Source: Eledone cirrhosa (Eukaryota). From it: 64,000 bases of DNA. Location: contig OZ024740.1 in the NCBI GenBank assembly GCA_964016885.1, positions 107,880,001 through 107,944,000 of the forward strand, given 5' to 3'. Below are positions 23,771-37,115 of the stretch, one piece after another; the stretch's first letter is position 1, and each line of letters starts with the position of its first letter. The notes under the pieces are model-generated. The model did no database searches. It had not been told where the DNA came from and saw only the letters and a program-made list of their open reading frames with translations. The position numbers and the translations under genes are program-made.

Positions 23771-25707
23771 ATATATATATAAATTTAGAATTGGTAGGGC
23801 AACAGACAAAATGCCTAAGTCAACTCAGCAGTAGCAGTAATAAAGAGTTTCAATATAAGAGCTTCTACATATAAGAGCTGCTAGCAATGGCAGCCTATTC
23901 TTCCTCAAACACCCTACCATCATGAAAATTAAAACAAGGGGTACACTGAATCATATAGACTGGGGTTACATATATTCTTGAAAATAAGACAGGAGATCAT
24001 GGCTGGAACATCCTTGTACATAGGTCTGCTCAATCAGAGCCAAAAGGGGTTCAACAATTACCTAAAGACTTTCCTTCTCCGGGAGGAATATTCATCCAAA
24101 TACCATATTTCTAATAAAATACACAACCAATCTGTTTGGCATCATGATCTTGCTGTTCTGTGATGGTAAAGCTCTCATCAGGGATGCTGCATGCAATGAC
24201 ACCTTCTCCAGTGACAAGCTGGTGCATTTGGTGACAAATCAAGACCTCTCTGCTCATCAAGCCGAAGATCACAAGCTGTCATGATATGGTCGCTGTCCAA
24301 TAGGTTTGTCATGAAATCTATAGCAGCAGAGACTTCCCGCATTCTTGATCTCCAGACCACCTCCCCACTCTTGATTATTGGATTGGAGTTGACCACCTGC
24401 AGGAGTAAGCCTTGCAAGTTGGAATGACTATTCCAACACACTTCCCTCACCATCTTCTGGGACATTTTCTTCATTCTGTCTACTGGGACCACAAACCAAA
24501 GAATGCTCCCCCACATCATTTGGGGCAGCAATGTTATAACAATACTAAATATTTTATTTTTCATATTTTCTCTCATAAAACAAAGAGACACACAGACATG
24601 AATATACACAATAAATCTGTTTCAAATAATTTTGAAAATAATCAAAAATTTGGAGGAATTTAATTTATAACTAATTTTTTCATTTTCAATATTACATAAC
24701 AAAATATTCTTACATAATAGAGTTTCTGTTACAGTTTTGGGATTGTAGGGGCTTAAGTATATATATTAGCTCATGATTTTTTTATCACCAATACAAGACT
24801 AAGAAAGAAATTAAAACCATGATCATATTTAGAGTCAATAGAAAATCAATGTAGTAAAATCCAAAGCACAAGTATTTTTAAACAAATTATTTTTTTAAGT
24901 TTCCACATGATTAGAGGAGCTTAAGCCCCTTAGCAGCAGAAGGCTTGTATAAAATTAACGTATTTAGAGCAGGCAGTTTTGTATCAAAAATCCAGGGGCA
25001 GTTTCGGACAGGTTGGTATCAAAAGGGTTAAAGGAATTAACATGAAAAACGAAAAAAAAAAAAAACAGAACTTGGTGATTTTAACATTTCCATGGCAACT
25101 TCTGAATTCTTCCATTTTATTGGGGGATTTTTTGGGGGGGTTATTTTTTGTAAACTAAACTTAAACATACAAATGTTATTACATAATGCCAACATATTTG
25201 ATGACCAATTTACATACATACATATATACATACATACCAATTTACATTCATACATACATATGTACACCTATACACATGTATGTATTTACATGTGCCCATA
25301 CATACATGCACCCATGCATACACACATTCATGTACAACACATACATATACACACATCCAGCTGTCATCAGAATGATATATAGCTGTTTTATACATTTTTA
25401 TTTTTTTTATATTTAGTATTAAGGGTGCACTATGCTTAATTATTTTTAGAAATAATTTTTTTTCCATTGAAAACAAAATTCCTCAGAGCATTCTATCTCC
25501 TCCCCACCCTAGTGTCAGAGTGAAAATAAAGTGAAGGTAGAGTGGACGTGGAGTGAAGGTGGGGTAGAGGTGGGGTGGAAAAATATTCGCAAAGATTTAA
25601 GGCAGTAAAAAATATCTATGTGGCTGTTTTAATGTGAAGTAATTCTAAAATCGAAATATTCACAGCCAATCTCACTGTCTTACTGTCTATCTAGCTGTAT
25701 ATATATA

Positions 25708-26029
25708 TAAATGTAAGTATGTATACGTACATACATATATGTATACAGATGTACAGTAGTATATATATATATATACATAGATGCACACATATATATGTAC
25801 GTATGGGTTTACCGAACACTGTATGGCGTAATTCGGGCTGTTTGTTTACAAACAAACCGAACATTATAATAAATGTTCGGTAAACCCATACGTACATATA
25901 TATATGTGTGCATGTATGTATATATATATATACATACTACTGTACATATATGTATGTACGTATACATACTTACATTTAAGTATCAGCCGTACTAAGAGTG
26001 AGAAATGAAATTTCGTTTCATTCTTTTCC

Positions 26030-26033
<4 letters not shown>
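25708..26033. mobile_element. Second copy of the inverted-arm/tail element at 11869-12540 (shorter, no ribozyme)
   Basis: Arms 25708-25818 and 25874-25978; tail cagccgtactaagagtg.gaaatgaaattt; TA flanks. Confidence 0.7.
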
Positions 26034-26062
<29 letters not shown>

Positions 26063-26067
<5 letters not shown>

Positions 26068-26261
26068 GTCGGCTGAAAAATTCATAATCTGACTATGAAG
26101 GGGTAATGCCAGAGCTGTGAAATCTTGCATGCATTATTTTCAACTCTTCTTATTAATAACTGCATTGTTTCTTTCTGGGGACTATGTTGAAAAATAAACC
26201 TCCTTTGGTCATTTCATGAGAGTATCTTGGTCAGCCTATGAACTTTTTCAGCCAGCCCTCA
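26063..26261. mobile_element. Mariner-derived MITE
   Basis: TIRs agggtcggctgaaaaattcata / tatgaactttttcagccagccct, TA flanks. Confidence 0.8.
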
Positions 26262-26814
26262 TATATATTATATATATATATATCATTTTATCTATCTATC
26301 TGTCTAGCTACCTCTCTCTGTCTATGTATCTAACTATCAGTTCTCTCTCTCTACCCTGCTCTCCTCCCTCTCACTCACAGCCCCCTCTCTCTCTCCCTCT
26401 CAAAATCAAGCATCAAAGGCAATGAGGAAATCCCTGCAGGAAATCATAATACATTATAAAATGAAATCTTACATTTTAATATATTAATGCATTTAAAAAA
26501 ATAGAGAGGGAGGCAGGAATCAACATCACTATCATCATCATTATCACCATCACCACCACCACCATCATCGTAACCAATACCACCACTACCATCCTCATCA
26601 TAATCATCATCATCAAGCAAATTAATTCTGAAATGCTGAGGAAAAGGAAGCTGATTCTTGCAAAAACATGGTACTGCATGGAACAACTACACTTAGTAGT
26701 TATGTGTGTGAGTGTGATTATGTATGTGTTACTAAGTGTGTATGACTGTATGTAAGGATATATGTATAAGTGTAGCTGTGTGTGTGTGTGTGTGCATGTG
26801 ATTATGTGAACAAA

Positions 26815-27115
26815 TCATCATTATCATCATCATTTTTACATTTCATTTTCCATGCTTGCATGGGTTGGATGGGTCCTTTTCAGCACATGACCTCTCAACT
26901 TGGCTTGTTCCTTCATCCTCTCCTCTGTGAGTTTCAGCAATTTGAGATCAGCTCTTACCACCTCCACCCAGGTCTTCCTTGGCCTAACTCTACAGTAGCT
27001 TCTCTCCACTGGGATTTCCTGACACTTCTTCATCCAGCAATCAATATCTATGTTATCACATGTCCATACCAATACAGTCTTCTCTATTGCACACCACTTT
27101 GGATTCCTCTTAAAC
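26815..27115 (-). mobile_element. Old RTE LINE 3' end
   Basis: RPRKTWVEVVRADL remnant, (GAT)n tail. Confidence 0.7.
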
Positions 27116-27666
27116 CCAAATATGAATGTATATATATATATGTGTATGTGTGTGTATGAATATAGATGCATGTGTGCATATGTATACATGTGCAAGGATA
27201 TATGTATGACTATTATATGTGTGGATGAGTGTGGATGCATGTGTTTTTTTTTGTGTTAGGTTTAACAATTTCAGTACAAACTACAAGGAAGTTGTAAATT
27301 GGTTAACTAAAAGAATGACCTCTAACATATCCCTCACAACTTTATAAGCCAGGGGTTCCAATCCTGGGATCAACAGTACCCTAGGAGGCCCAGAAAGGTA
27401 GAAATGGAGGGTGACATGAGCTAAATTCAAAATTTCAAGTACTCAGTTAAAAATATGATATACAAACATTATTGTATCCATTCTTCTCCAAGCATAAAAA
27501 TGTCCTCACTTTCAAATATTATTACCATAATGTAACACTCTGGGAGGGGAGTAATTGTGGTGGTGGGGGGAGCTGTGGGAACATTCCTTGGTAGTGAGAA
27601 GGTTGGGAAATCTGTATGTAAACACATACATTTACGTATATGTAAACACACACATTTATAAATGTA

Positions 27667-28177
27667 TGAGGGTGGACTGAAAAATTCATAGGCTGCCTAT
27701 GAAGGAGTAATGCTAGAGCTGTGAAATCTGACATGCATTAATTACAACTTTTCTTATTAATAACTGGATTGTTTCTTTCCAGATAAACTGATACTGGACT
27801 GTTCAAAGAAGACTTCAAAAGTAACTGGTAGTGACTTCGTTTGAAAATGGACAACATTTGGCATCATGGTGTTATCAAGTACCTGCAGAAAAAGGGTTTA
27901 GCCCCCAAAGACATTCATGCTGATATGGTAGCGATATTAGGGGATGACGCTCTAGCATTATCAACAGTGGTTAAGCTTATGGGCAGACTATTTCATGGAT
28001 ATTACGAGGGTCAGCTGAAAAGTGCATAGGCTGACTATGAATAAACTGAAATCTTGCATGCATTAATTTCAACTCTTTCAACATTGTTTCTTTCCAGAAA
28101 CTGTTGAAAAATAAACCTTATTTGGTCATTCCATGAGAGTATCTTGGTCAGCTTATGAAGTGTTCAGTCAACTCTCA
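27667..28177 (+). mobile_element. Mariner remnant (transposase N-terminal HTH fragment) followed by a MITE starting at 28005
   Basis: MDNIWHHGVIKYLQKKGLAPKDIHADMVAILGDDA resembles the mariner N-terminal HTH; TIR and TA sites at 27665, 28003 and 28178. Confidence 0.75.
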
Positions 28178-28664
28178 TAGACAGATCATGCTAACATGTC
28201 TTATTTACATATTTCATAGATTGAAAAAGATGAACAGTTTGGCTGAGTTTCAGTTGTTGTAACCATCTTCAGAAATTGTGTACATCCCTCACAATTCATA
28301 AAGAAATACATAACTAAAATCTTTATAATCCCATCAAATGCACCAGAAACTATGAGCTAGAAGTGATAATTTGTAAGTTATTAGTGCTTACTGTGATAGT
28401 TAATTGTATTATATATATTAAATTCTGCACTACATGGCTGAAGAATTCTATAAATTTGTATCTGCACAGAAACAGTAAAGTGTTTAGCCAAAGCTGTGAG
28501 AAATGTCTATGTAAACGCCATGATGGAATCATGAAATATACATAAAGCTACATATTCTGTACATAGATACTATAAACAACAAACATAAATAATGCACAAG
28601 AAATAGCAAAATTGAAAATGACATGTCCGAAGCAGAAACACATTAACATCATCATCATCATTAT

Positions 28665-29475
28665 CAAATCCCGCCGAGGTTAGCTTTGCCTTTCTTCCTT
28701 ATGGGGTCGATAAAATAAAGCACGAGTAATGCACTGGGGTCAATTTAATCATCTTTCCCCTTCCCCGAAATTGCTGGCCTTGCGCCTAAAGTAGAAATAA
28801 TTATTATAATTATTATTATCAAATCCGGCCAAAGTTAGCTTTGCCTTTCATCCTCACAGGCCGATAAATAAAGCACCAGTAATGCACTGAGAGCGATTTA
28901 ATCGATTTTCCCTTCCCCCAAAATTGCTGGCCCTGTGCTTAAAGTAGAAACAATTATTATTATTATTTGAAACTTTCTTTCCCATATCATACTGAGTGTC
29001 AACCTGACACCTGAAGCAAAATTTGGAAATACACACATTTTACAATCAATTGTCATACAAATGATGCCACAAGTGCATAAACAACAGTAAATGTCATTAT
29101 TTTGGCAGTATCGGTAGAGCGTCAGACACCATGTTTTGCAGCATAGGAGTTATGACCCTTTACGGTCTGAGTTCAAATCCTGTCAGGTTAACTTTGCCTT
29201 TCATTCTTACGGGGTCGATAAAATACAACACCAATAATGCACTGGGGTAATTGCTGGCCTTGTGCCAAAAGTAGAAACATTATCAGGGTGGTGGATTGGC
29301 AGTATTGGTAGAAGGTCGGACGCCATGCTTTGACACATAGAGTTATAGCCCTTGCCATTCTGAGTTCAAATCCCGCCGAGGTTAACTTTGCCTTTCATCC
29401 TTATGGGGTCGATAAAATAAAGTACCAGTAATGCACTGGGTAATTGCTGGCCAAAAGTAGAAACAATTATTAATA
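28665..29475 (+). mobile_element. Cluster of four same-strand tRNA-SINE copies
   Basis: Repeated tcaaatcc..ctttgcctttcatcc..gtcgataaa..ttgctggcc..agtagaaacaatt. Confidence 0.8.
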
Positions 29476-29929
29476 ATACCACTACCATCCCTACTAACCA
29501 TTCCAGCAGATTACTGCAACACCTTAACATACTTCCAAACATCCTCATTGAGTACAAGAGGAAATACAATAACTTCCCAATTAAGCTCACTTATCATCAT
29601 CCTAAGCACACCTCACTTAGACACACCTTACCAAGCTAACTGTAATAACTACCCTAAACAGACATTTTTACCTGCTTCACACACCTACCTAACACAGCCA
29701 CACCAACATGGCAAACACCCACCTACCTAACTCTCCTCTAACCACCTGCCCCTTCCTATTCATGACATACTCACTTTTCAATGAACAAATATAAACCTTC
29801 ACATCATTATTTCTCTTCACAATCACTATCATAGACAACAACACAATCACTATCATAAACAGTACAACAACAACAACCTAGACAGTACAATACATTACAA
29901 CAAAAAGAACACAATCAGAAACCTTCTTT

Positions 29930-30110
29930 TTCTTCTTCTTTGCCCACTTATTCCTGAGAGTGTTGTGGGGACAGAGTCCTCCAACATACCCTCCAGTAGG
30001 TCCTGTCAGAAGTAACCATCTCTAACTGATCCGGCTGGATCCCCAAGCGAGACCAACCAAGTTCATGGATGTTATCCAACCATCTTGCTCAGGGTCTACT
30101 TTCATTGCAA
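29930..30110 (-). mobile_element. Rex3/Expander-like RTE 3' end with (AAG)n tail (further copies 33650-33815, 48235-48540)
   Basis: Minus strand translates RWLDNIHELGWSRLGIQPDQLEMVTSDR. Confidence 0.65.
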
Positions 30111-30983
30111 CTTTCAGGGAGATTCAGTGTGACTTAATTCAAAGGATTAGCCTTGTCATGCATTAAGTACAGTCTATCTGATGAGCTTCCAAGCAGTTTC
30201 TACCCAATTTCACTGACAAGGCATGAGTGAATATAAGGCTATGGTAAATGACACTTGCCCCATATACCACACAGTGGGATTGAACCTGAGACCTAATGAT
30301 TGTGAAGCAAACTTCTTTACTGTTCAGTTATGCTGCATCCACAGACACTACAGTATATACATACAAAACCCCCAGATTCACCAATATATCATAAACATTA
30401 CATTATATCCATTCAACAACACCAATATAAACACTACAGTACAAAGCTTTTTACAAAACGACATTCAACAACAGACATTGCAGTACATAATTCAGTAGAA
30501 TTAAGATACAAAGTCATGTGCACGGTATGTAACAAGTGTCTCTATAGCCATATATGTGTGTATACACACAGACACACACACACATCATCATCATCATTGT
30601 TTAACATCTATCTTCCATACTAGCATGGGTTAGACAGGAATTGTCCCACTTGAGGCATGATTGATCAAGTGACCATGTCTCACTCATATAGGACTGCATC
30701 TGGCAGGTTTTCTATGGTTAGATGTCCTTCCTAATACCAACCACATTTACATTATATATTACATATATATATATATATATACCTTTTATTTTCTGTTTCT
30801 ATCCTTTTGTGATCCTGTCTCTATTTTTGTACTCCTGACATTTTTTTTGCCCTTTTCCATATAAAGCGTGAAACTAATAAGACTTTTTGTACCTCTGTTT
30901 TGTCATTTCCTTGAACTATATATATATATATATATATAGTGACGAAACATAAGTCAATTGCATGAACTCATAATCCTTTATTT

Positions 30984-31039
30984 ACTGCTATATATATTTC
31001 GATGATAGCCATTGAATGGCTATGACCTCATCAGGCAGT
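30984..31039 (-). ncRNA. Type I hammerhead ribozyme motif within a TA-flanked insert (30939-31105)
   Basis: actgc-CTGATGA-ggtcatagccat tca atggctatcatc-GAAA-TATATA-TA-gcagt, then AATAAA. Confidence 0.75.
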
Positions 31040-32581
31040 TAGTCAGTTCTTAGATATGCCAGCTCTGTGTGTATAGTGTTGATGGTATCAGAGCCTTGGG
31101 ACATATAAATATATATATAATCAGAATTTATATATAATTGATGTACAAGAGAAATTTCTCTTGTTCATCAATTTCCATCCTATAACTCCTCAATGCTTAA
31201 AGGCATTAAAATTACCAAAGCAGAGGGCAAACACATAGTTATTGTTATTGGTACAGTGATGGAGAGTAGGTATCATGTTAGAACAATATATCACTTACTT
31301 AATAATTAGTAATAAGATGTCCAATGGAACCCACCAGACAACTGTTTCTGGCTAGGAATGTTTTTGGTTCATTACAGACTGAGAGAGTAAGTGATGTGGG
31401 TTACAAACCACAAATGTAAGATCTAATTGTTCTGCAATCAAAGCTCTGTATAAAATAAGTGATTTGATGATTTTAAAATAAACAACAATACACAAGTATT
31501 TTAAAAGGTTATTTTCACTACTGAAGAAGGGGTAAGATTTGCAACCCCCATGGCAAACTTCTCCATTTTACCCTACTCTCTACAAACCCCTCACCAACCT
31601 GTTAGCTTTCAGTGCTTCCTTCATCATCTTTCACAATGTCCTTCTTAGTTTTCCTCTTCCTCTACTTCCTTCCACATTCATTTCTACCACTCTTCTCACC
31701 CAGTCACTTCCATCCTTCCTCAAAACATGATCAAACTGTCCTGTTCCATTTCTCTTCACAATATTCATCACTGATTCTATTCCCATCATTCATTGTTTGT
31801 CTTCCTCTTAGTGATACACCACTCATGCACAGAACCATCCTCATTTCCATTTTTTCCAACCTTATTTGTTACCTTATGTTCATCACCCATGTTTTATTCC
31901 CATAAATCATGGCACTTTTCATTCATGCAGCATACACCTTTCTCTTCAGTTTCAGTGACCTCCCCCTCCATCCTTATTAGAATGCCACTCAATTACCAGA
32001 AACATAAACAAAATAACAAAATGATTTTCTTGAAAATAAATGTATAAAAGTGTTCCTGATATAGTTTTACATTTAAGTACAAGAGAATTGAATGTGAAAA
32101 ATTATACACAAGAACACCATGGAATATGGTAAATATGTTTGGATTTTGTAAGAATTAGCAAGGAATTTCATCTTAACTGGAAACTGTAAAGAGCTAAAAG
32201 TGTATTCAGCAGAAAAAAATTCTTGAAACAAGGAATTTCAACCTGTTGCAGACAGTTAAGATAATCAGACTGCAAACTTGTGCTACATGAACAAATTTTA
32301 GGATTACATATGAATAACTTCTCTTGGGTTGGGGTTCCTTTTGTTGTTTTTTTTGTTTTGTTTCTAAATCATTGCTTATTTAAATGTTGAAACAACTATG
32401 ATTAGGAGCACTCAGAAAGTTATGACAGAGTTCATATCTTATTTAACAAGATTAGATGCCAACATATTTAGATAGACTAACTTGAAAACTCAATAACGTT
32501 TGCATGTGAAGAGAAAATATTGTTTTAATCCCACTTTAACAAAGTATCACTTTTCTGACTTTTGAATGGCTTTTTTTTTTC

Positions 32582-32640
<59 letters not shown>

Positions 32641-34996
32641 CCAACCAAAGGAATTTTACTCAAGCAAAACAACACCCAAACATTTTACTCACGCCATAAC
32701 AATATCAGTTCCTTGTGCCCGAAATGTTTCTCTAAAAGAATATCTTCCCCCATCCAGTTTCTTTCTTCTAATAACATTTAACCAAAAGTTTAAACAAACC
32801 TGTGTATTCCCAAAAGAGACTCTCTCAATTTCTCTTAAAAACAATTAGAAGTTTCCAGCCGATTTCTATTGTTCATGAAATAGCAAAATATTTTTATGCT
32901 GGCATCAAGAAATAGAAATTTGCAACATTTGTCTAGTTTTCCATTAATTTTAATTTATGTAGCTTGGAGAAAAATATCTTAAAATTCTATATTTGAACAA
33001 TATTAATTATATTCTTAACTGGTTGAAAGGGATCTTCAGCCATGTCAAGGATATGACAAGCTTTCTAGTGCTGGTGCTATGATAAATTTCATCCAGTACA
33101 AACTGTACACTTAGTCTGCTGATACAGAACTGTGCCTAAAACCATGTGATTTCAAAGTAAGCATCTTAAACATACAACCATGACTGCACCTATCATTAAA
33201 CAAAATTTCAAACATAGACCGGAGGCTATAATATGAAGATTGGATGATAACTACAGGTGTTTACAGTTTCAAAATATAACCAAAGTCCCTCAACTTCCTG
33301 GATTGGTTAATCTTGCGTTATGAAAGCAGTAAATTGTAAGATTGGTTTGATTCCAGGAAAATAAAAGATATTTACTCTGAGAAGAGGTTCTGCTATCTTC
33401 TGAGGAATTACTAACACACCTTGGTTTAGATTATTACACAAACACTATCTCAAGATACCTTAATTAGAGGAAGTTTTGATTAATTTGGTGTATAGTATGG
33501 AAAATAGAAACTGCAATCCAAATTTCTAGTTGAAGCTTAATTTTCTTGTGAATTCAATAAGTAGCAACAAGGACATTGGGAGATTAGAAGCACCATGGAT
33601 GTAAAAAGATACTTTATAAGTCAATGACTCAGTGAATAATTTGATACTTCCCCTTCTTCACCCACTTTTTCCTGAGATGGTCATGGAGGAAGAGTCCTCA
33701 AACACCCCTTCCGGAAGGTTCTATTAGAAGCATCCATCACCAAATTATATGGCCAGATCCCCAAGCAAGACCAACCAAGGTTAAGGATGTTATCCAATCA
33801 TCTTACTTATGGTTTACATCTAAGTCCCCTCTGGATTTGATACAGCACATTAAATCTTTCAAATAATTCTCATTAATCATCATCATCAATGTTAAACCAC
33901 TTTTCCATGCTAGCAAGGGTAGGATATATATAATCCTAATTCTTTCATAACCATATTTCTAATGAAAGACATTGCTGTATGATTTTCAAATAATTTGAAA
34001 AATAATCAAGAATTTGGAGGGATTCAATACTGTAACTAACTTTCTCAATATCAAGCTGGTGGTTGGAATATAATTTAACAAAGGTTCTTACATAAAATTA
34101 TGATGGGAGGTTTTTAATAAATCTAAACACTTTAAAACTCTTTCAATGCTATATTTCTAACAAAATATACAGTATTTCAATTAATTAATGAAGAATTTTG
34201 AAGGATTTACTAAAATTATTAACTATTTCATTACTAACATAGTAACTTAACACATGGTTCTTTTATAAAACTAAATTGGAAAATTTTAATTTAAATAGGA
34301 ACCCTTTAAAATGGTTGGTTTTGTTTCATAGAAGCATTTTGAGTAGGGTTGGTATCAAAAGAATTAAAATAAACAGTTTTGTATTATAGAATGAGGAAAG
34401 CATTTCAGGTGATTTGATATCAACATAAGTCTGCTGGAGCAGAGTTGACTTAGTCTAATCAACAACACATACATTAACAACCATCTTTACCAGTTCACCT
34501 TCTGAATTACACCAATATCATCATCAGTTTTATGTCTGTTTTTCTATGGTGGCATGGATTAGACAAGACATTATGAGGTAGAATTCTATGGTCAGATGGC
34601 CTTCCTGATGTTTGCATATTTAACCAATAAACAAATAACCCTCTAACTTCAGTCATATTTTGAACTTAGTACATACAGAGCCAGAACAAATATTGCATAG
34701 CATTTTACAGATTCTGCTGATCCACCCTAATAATGATTTCTGATTTAAGCACAAGGCCAGTAACTTGAAGGAAGGGGGAAAGTCAATTAAATCAACAACA
34801 GTGCATTACTGGTACTTTATTTTATTGACCCCATAAGGATCAAAACGCAAAGGGACATAACTCTATGTCACAAAGCATGTCTGACACTCTACCGATACTG
34901 GCAATACACACCCTTCACCTAATAATAATAATAGTAGTAGTAATAATAATAATAATAATTATTATTACTATTATTATTATTATAAACAAACAGACA

Positions 34997-35345
34997 TAGG
35001 TATGGCTGTGTGGTTAAGGAGTCAGCTGCATCACTGTGTGGCACATTGAGCACGTGTCTGCTATTAGAGCCTTAGGTTGGCCAAAGCTCAGAGTGAAATT
35101 TGGTAAATGGAAACTGTGTGGAAGCCCATCATGTGTCTATCTGTGTGTGTATCATGCATCTATGTTATGTTTGTTATTTTTTTAAGTTCCATAACTTAGC
35201 AGTTTGACAAAAAGAGATAAATAAATAAGTACCAACCAATTAAAAAATAAGTACTAGGGTCAATATGATCAACTAAATCAATCCAAGGTGACTTCAATAG
35301 GTACATAGTATTCCTGTAAGAGGTAACAAAAATGTTGATGTCCAG
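34997..35345 (+). mobile_element. tRNA-derived CORE-type SINE (related copies ~52085, ~54945, ~57380)
   Basis: ggtatggctgtgtggttaag head; tgtggcacattgagcacgtgtct core-like segment. Confidence 0.6.
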
Positions 35346-35619
35346 CTCTGAAACATTGTCTTAACCCGTTACCATTTAAACCAGCTGTATCCAGCCAGAA
35401 TTCTCTCACCTTTTTGTTCAAACCAGCTGTAACCGGCTGCTCATACTGATAATAAGGTATGGTTTTCAAAATGAATATCAAAATCTCATAGATTCTATAT
35501 TATGTGAGGTAAAGTCTTTACCATGAAAATATAATAGTAAATATAGAGTAAAGGCTTAAAACATTCTATTCAACCCATACCAATATGGAAAAGTGCAGGT
35601 CAAAACGATCATGATGATA

Positions 35620-35812
35620 ATAATTGTTTCTACTTTTGGCACAAGGCCAGCAATTACCCAGTACATTACTGGTACTTTATTTTATCGACCCCGTAAGGAT
35701 GAAAGGCAAAGTTAACCTCGACGGGATTTGAACTCAGACCGTAAAGGGACGTAACTGTGCTGGAAAGCATGGTGTCCGACCCTCTACCGATACTGCCAAT
35801 TCACCGCCCTTC
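35620..35812 (-). mobile_element. Near full-length young tRNA-SINE
   Basis: gggcggtgaattggcagtatcggtagag...gagttcaaatcccg...agtagaaacaatt. Confidence 0.85.
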
Positions 35813-36534
35813 ATGATGATAATAATAATATATATATATGTATGTATATATATATATATATGGATTCAGTTTGAAACTTGGGGTAGACCTGGAACTAGCA
35901 GTTGAAATGGCAAGAGCTGAGCTGTTGGGGTCCTAACTCTTTATAATATATATATATATATAGTAAATGACCGATAAGTGTTTTTTTAAAGCCGGTAAAT
36001 GCGGTAGAAAATATGAAGAGCAAATGAAACAAAATAAAACAATATATATATATAAACAGTAGAGCAGTTGGTTATCTCTTTATAATTTCAACTTGCAAAG
36101 AAAGATAACAAAAGCTCCCCACAATTGGAATCAGCATTTAACAGAAGAAATTGCTTCTTAACAGATTCAGAGTTTACCAAATCTTTTTATTCCTAAATAA
36201 TAAAGTGTTTATATATGGTAAAACATACATGAGATATGGCACCAAGTTTGAAATGCAGATGGCAATGCAATCCTACATGAAGAAGACTTGTTTACTCTAG
36301 AAAATTTCTAGATCAGTAAGTTGCCTTTGACAATGCCAATTGCCATTAAATTGAATTTCCTTGTCTTAAAACAATTAACTATTACTGTATCCCCCACAAA
36401 CACCTAAACCACCCAATACCACCCTTTTTTTTTAACAATCTCTTTGTTCTTTTTCATCCCCATCGTCATCAACACCATTGTCTTCACTCAATGTTTCACT
36501 ACATCAAAGGGAAAAACAACGAGATCTTTCTTAC

Positions 36535-36563
36535 TCTGCATTCTTCCTTGTCACACAGCTCAT
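36535..36563 (-). CDS. Candidate coding tip of an alternative first exon (MSCVTRKNA+2 nt)
   Basis: aggATGAGCTGTGTGACAAGGAAGAATGCAGA|GTAAGA within a ~1-kb repeat-free island with CT-rich upstream sequence. Confidence 0.35.
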
Positions 36564-37038
36564 CCTTTCTGTCTAAAAAATATTCTTCAGAGTTTCCTAA
36601 AGTAAGATTTTTCACTTCTTTTAATCAATTTCTATTCTCTTTTGGAGGGGGAGGAATTATTTTTATTTCTTCTTATGTTTTTTTTATTCATTTTTTAATT
36701 TATTTCTTTATTTGTGTGTGTGAAAGAGAGTCCTGTAAAATAGCTAAAATACAAGATGGAAATCGTACAAGGGAAATGGTAGAGGGATTTTTTTGTTGCG
36801 TCTAAATACTAAAAAAAAAAAAAGCTTTGTTCTTCTACATTTCTGGAGTGGGGAAGGAGAAAGAGAGAGGGCAAGACACATTGAGGAGACAAGAAAGAGA
36901 GCGGGTAAGAGAGAGGAGAGACTTTCTGAAATTAGCAGAGGAGTAAAATCTCTCTGTGTTAAAGAAATAATCTTTCAATCTAGTTCTTCTTAGAAAGATC
37001 AAAATAAAAAATAAAACTTTGAAAAAAAGTTAGATATA

Positions 37039-37115
37039 CAGCGTGTCCCTCCAAAATGTATACACACTTCAACAGTATTGTAATCAAAGAGTGTATACAT
37101 TTTTGGGACACCCTG
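37039..37115. mobile_element. 77-bp Tc1/mariner-type MITE
   Basis: TA|CAGCGTGTCCC..AAAATGTATACAC ... GTGTATACATTTTTGGGACACCCTG|TA. Confidence 0.8.

Noticed and set aside
30781-30917. TA-flanked insert with gtgaaactaataagac as a hammerhead
   Set aside because: Only a possible 3' half; no CUGAnGA core or stem I partner
35620-35812. tRNA genes at gagttcaaatccc motifs
   Set aside because: These are SINE heads with B-boxes; no complete cloverleaf seen
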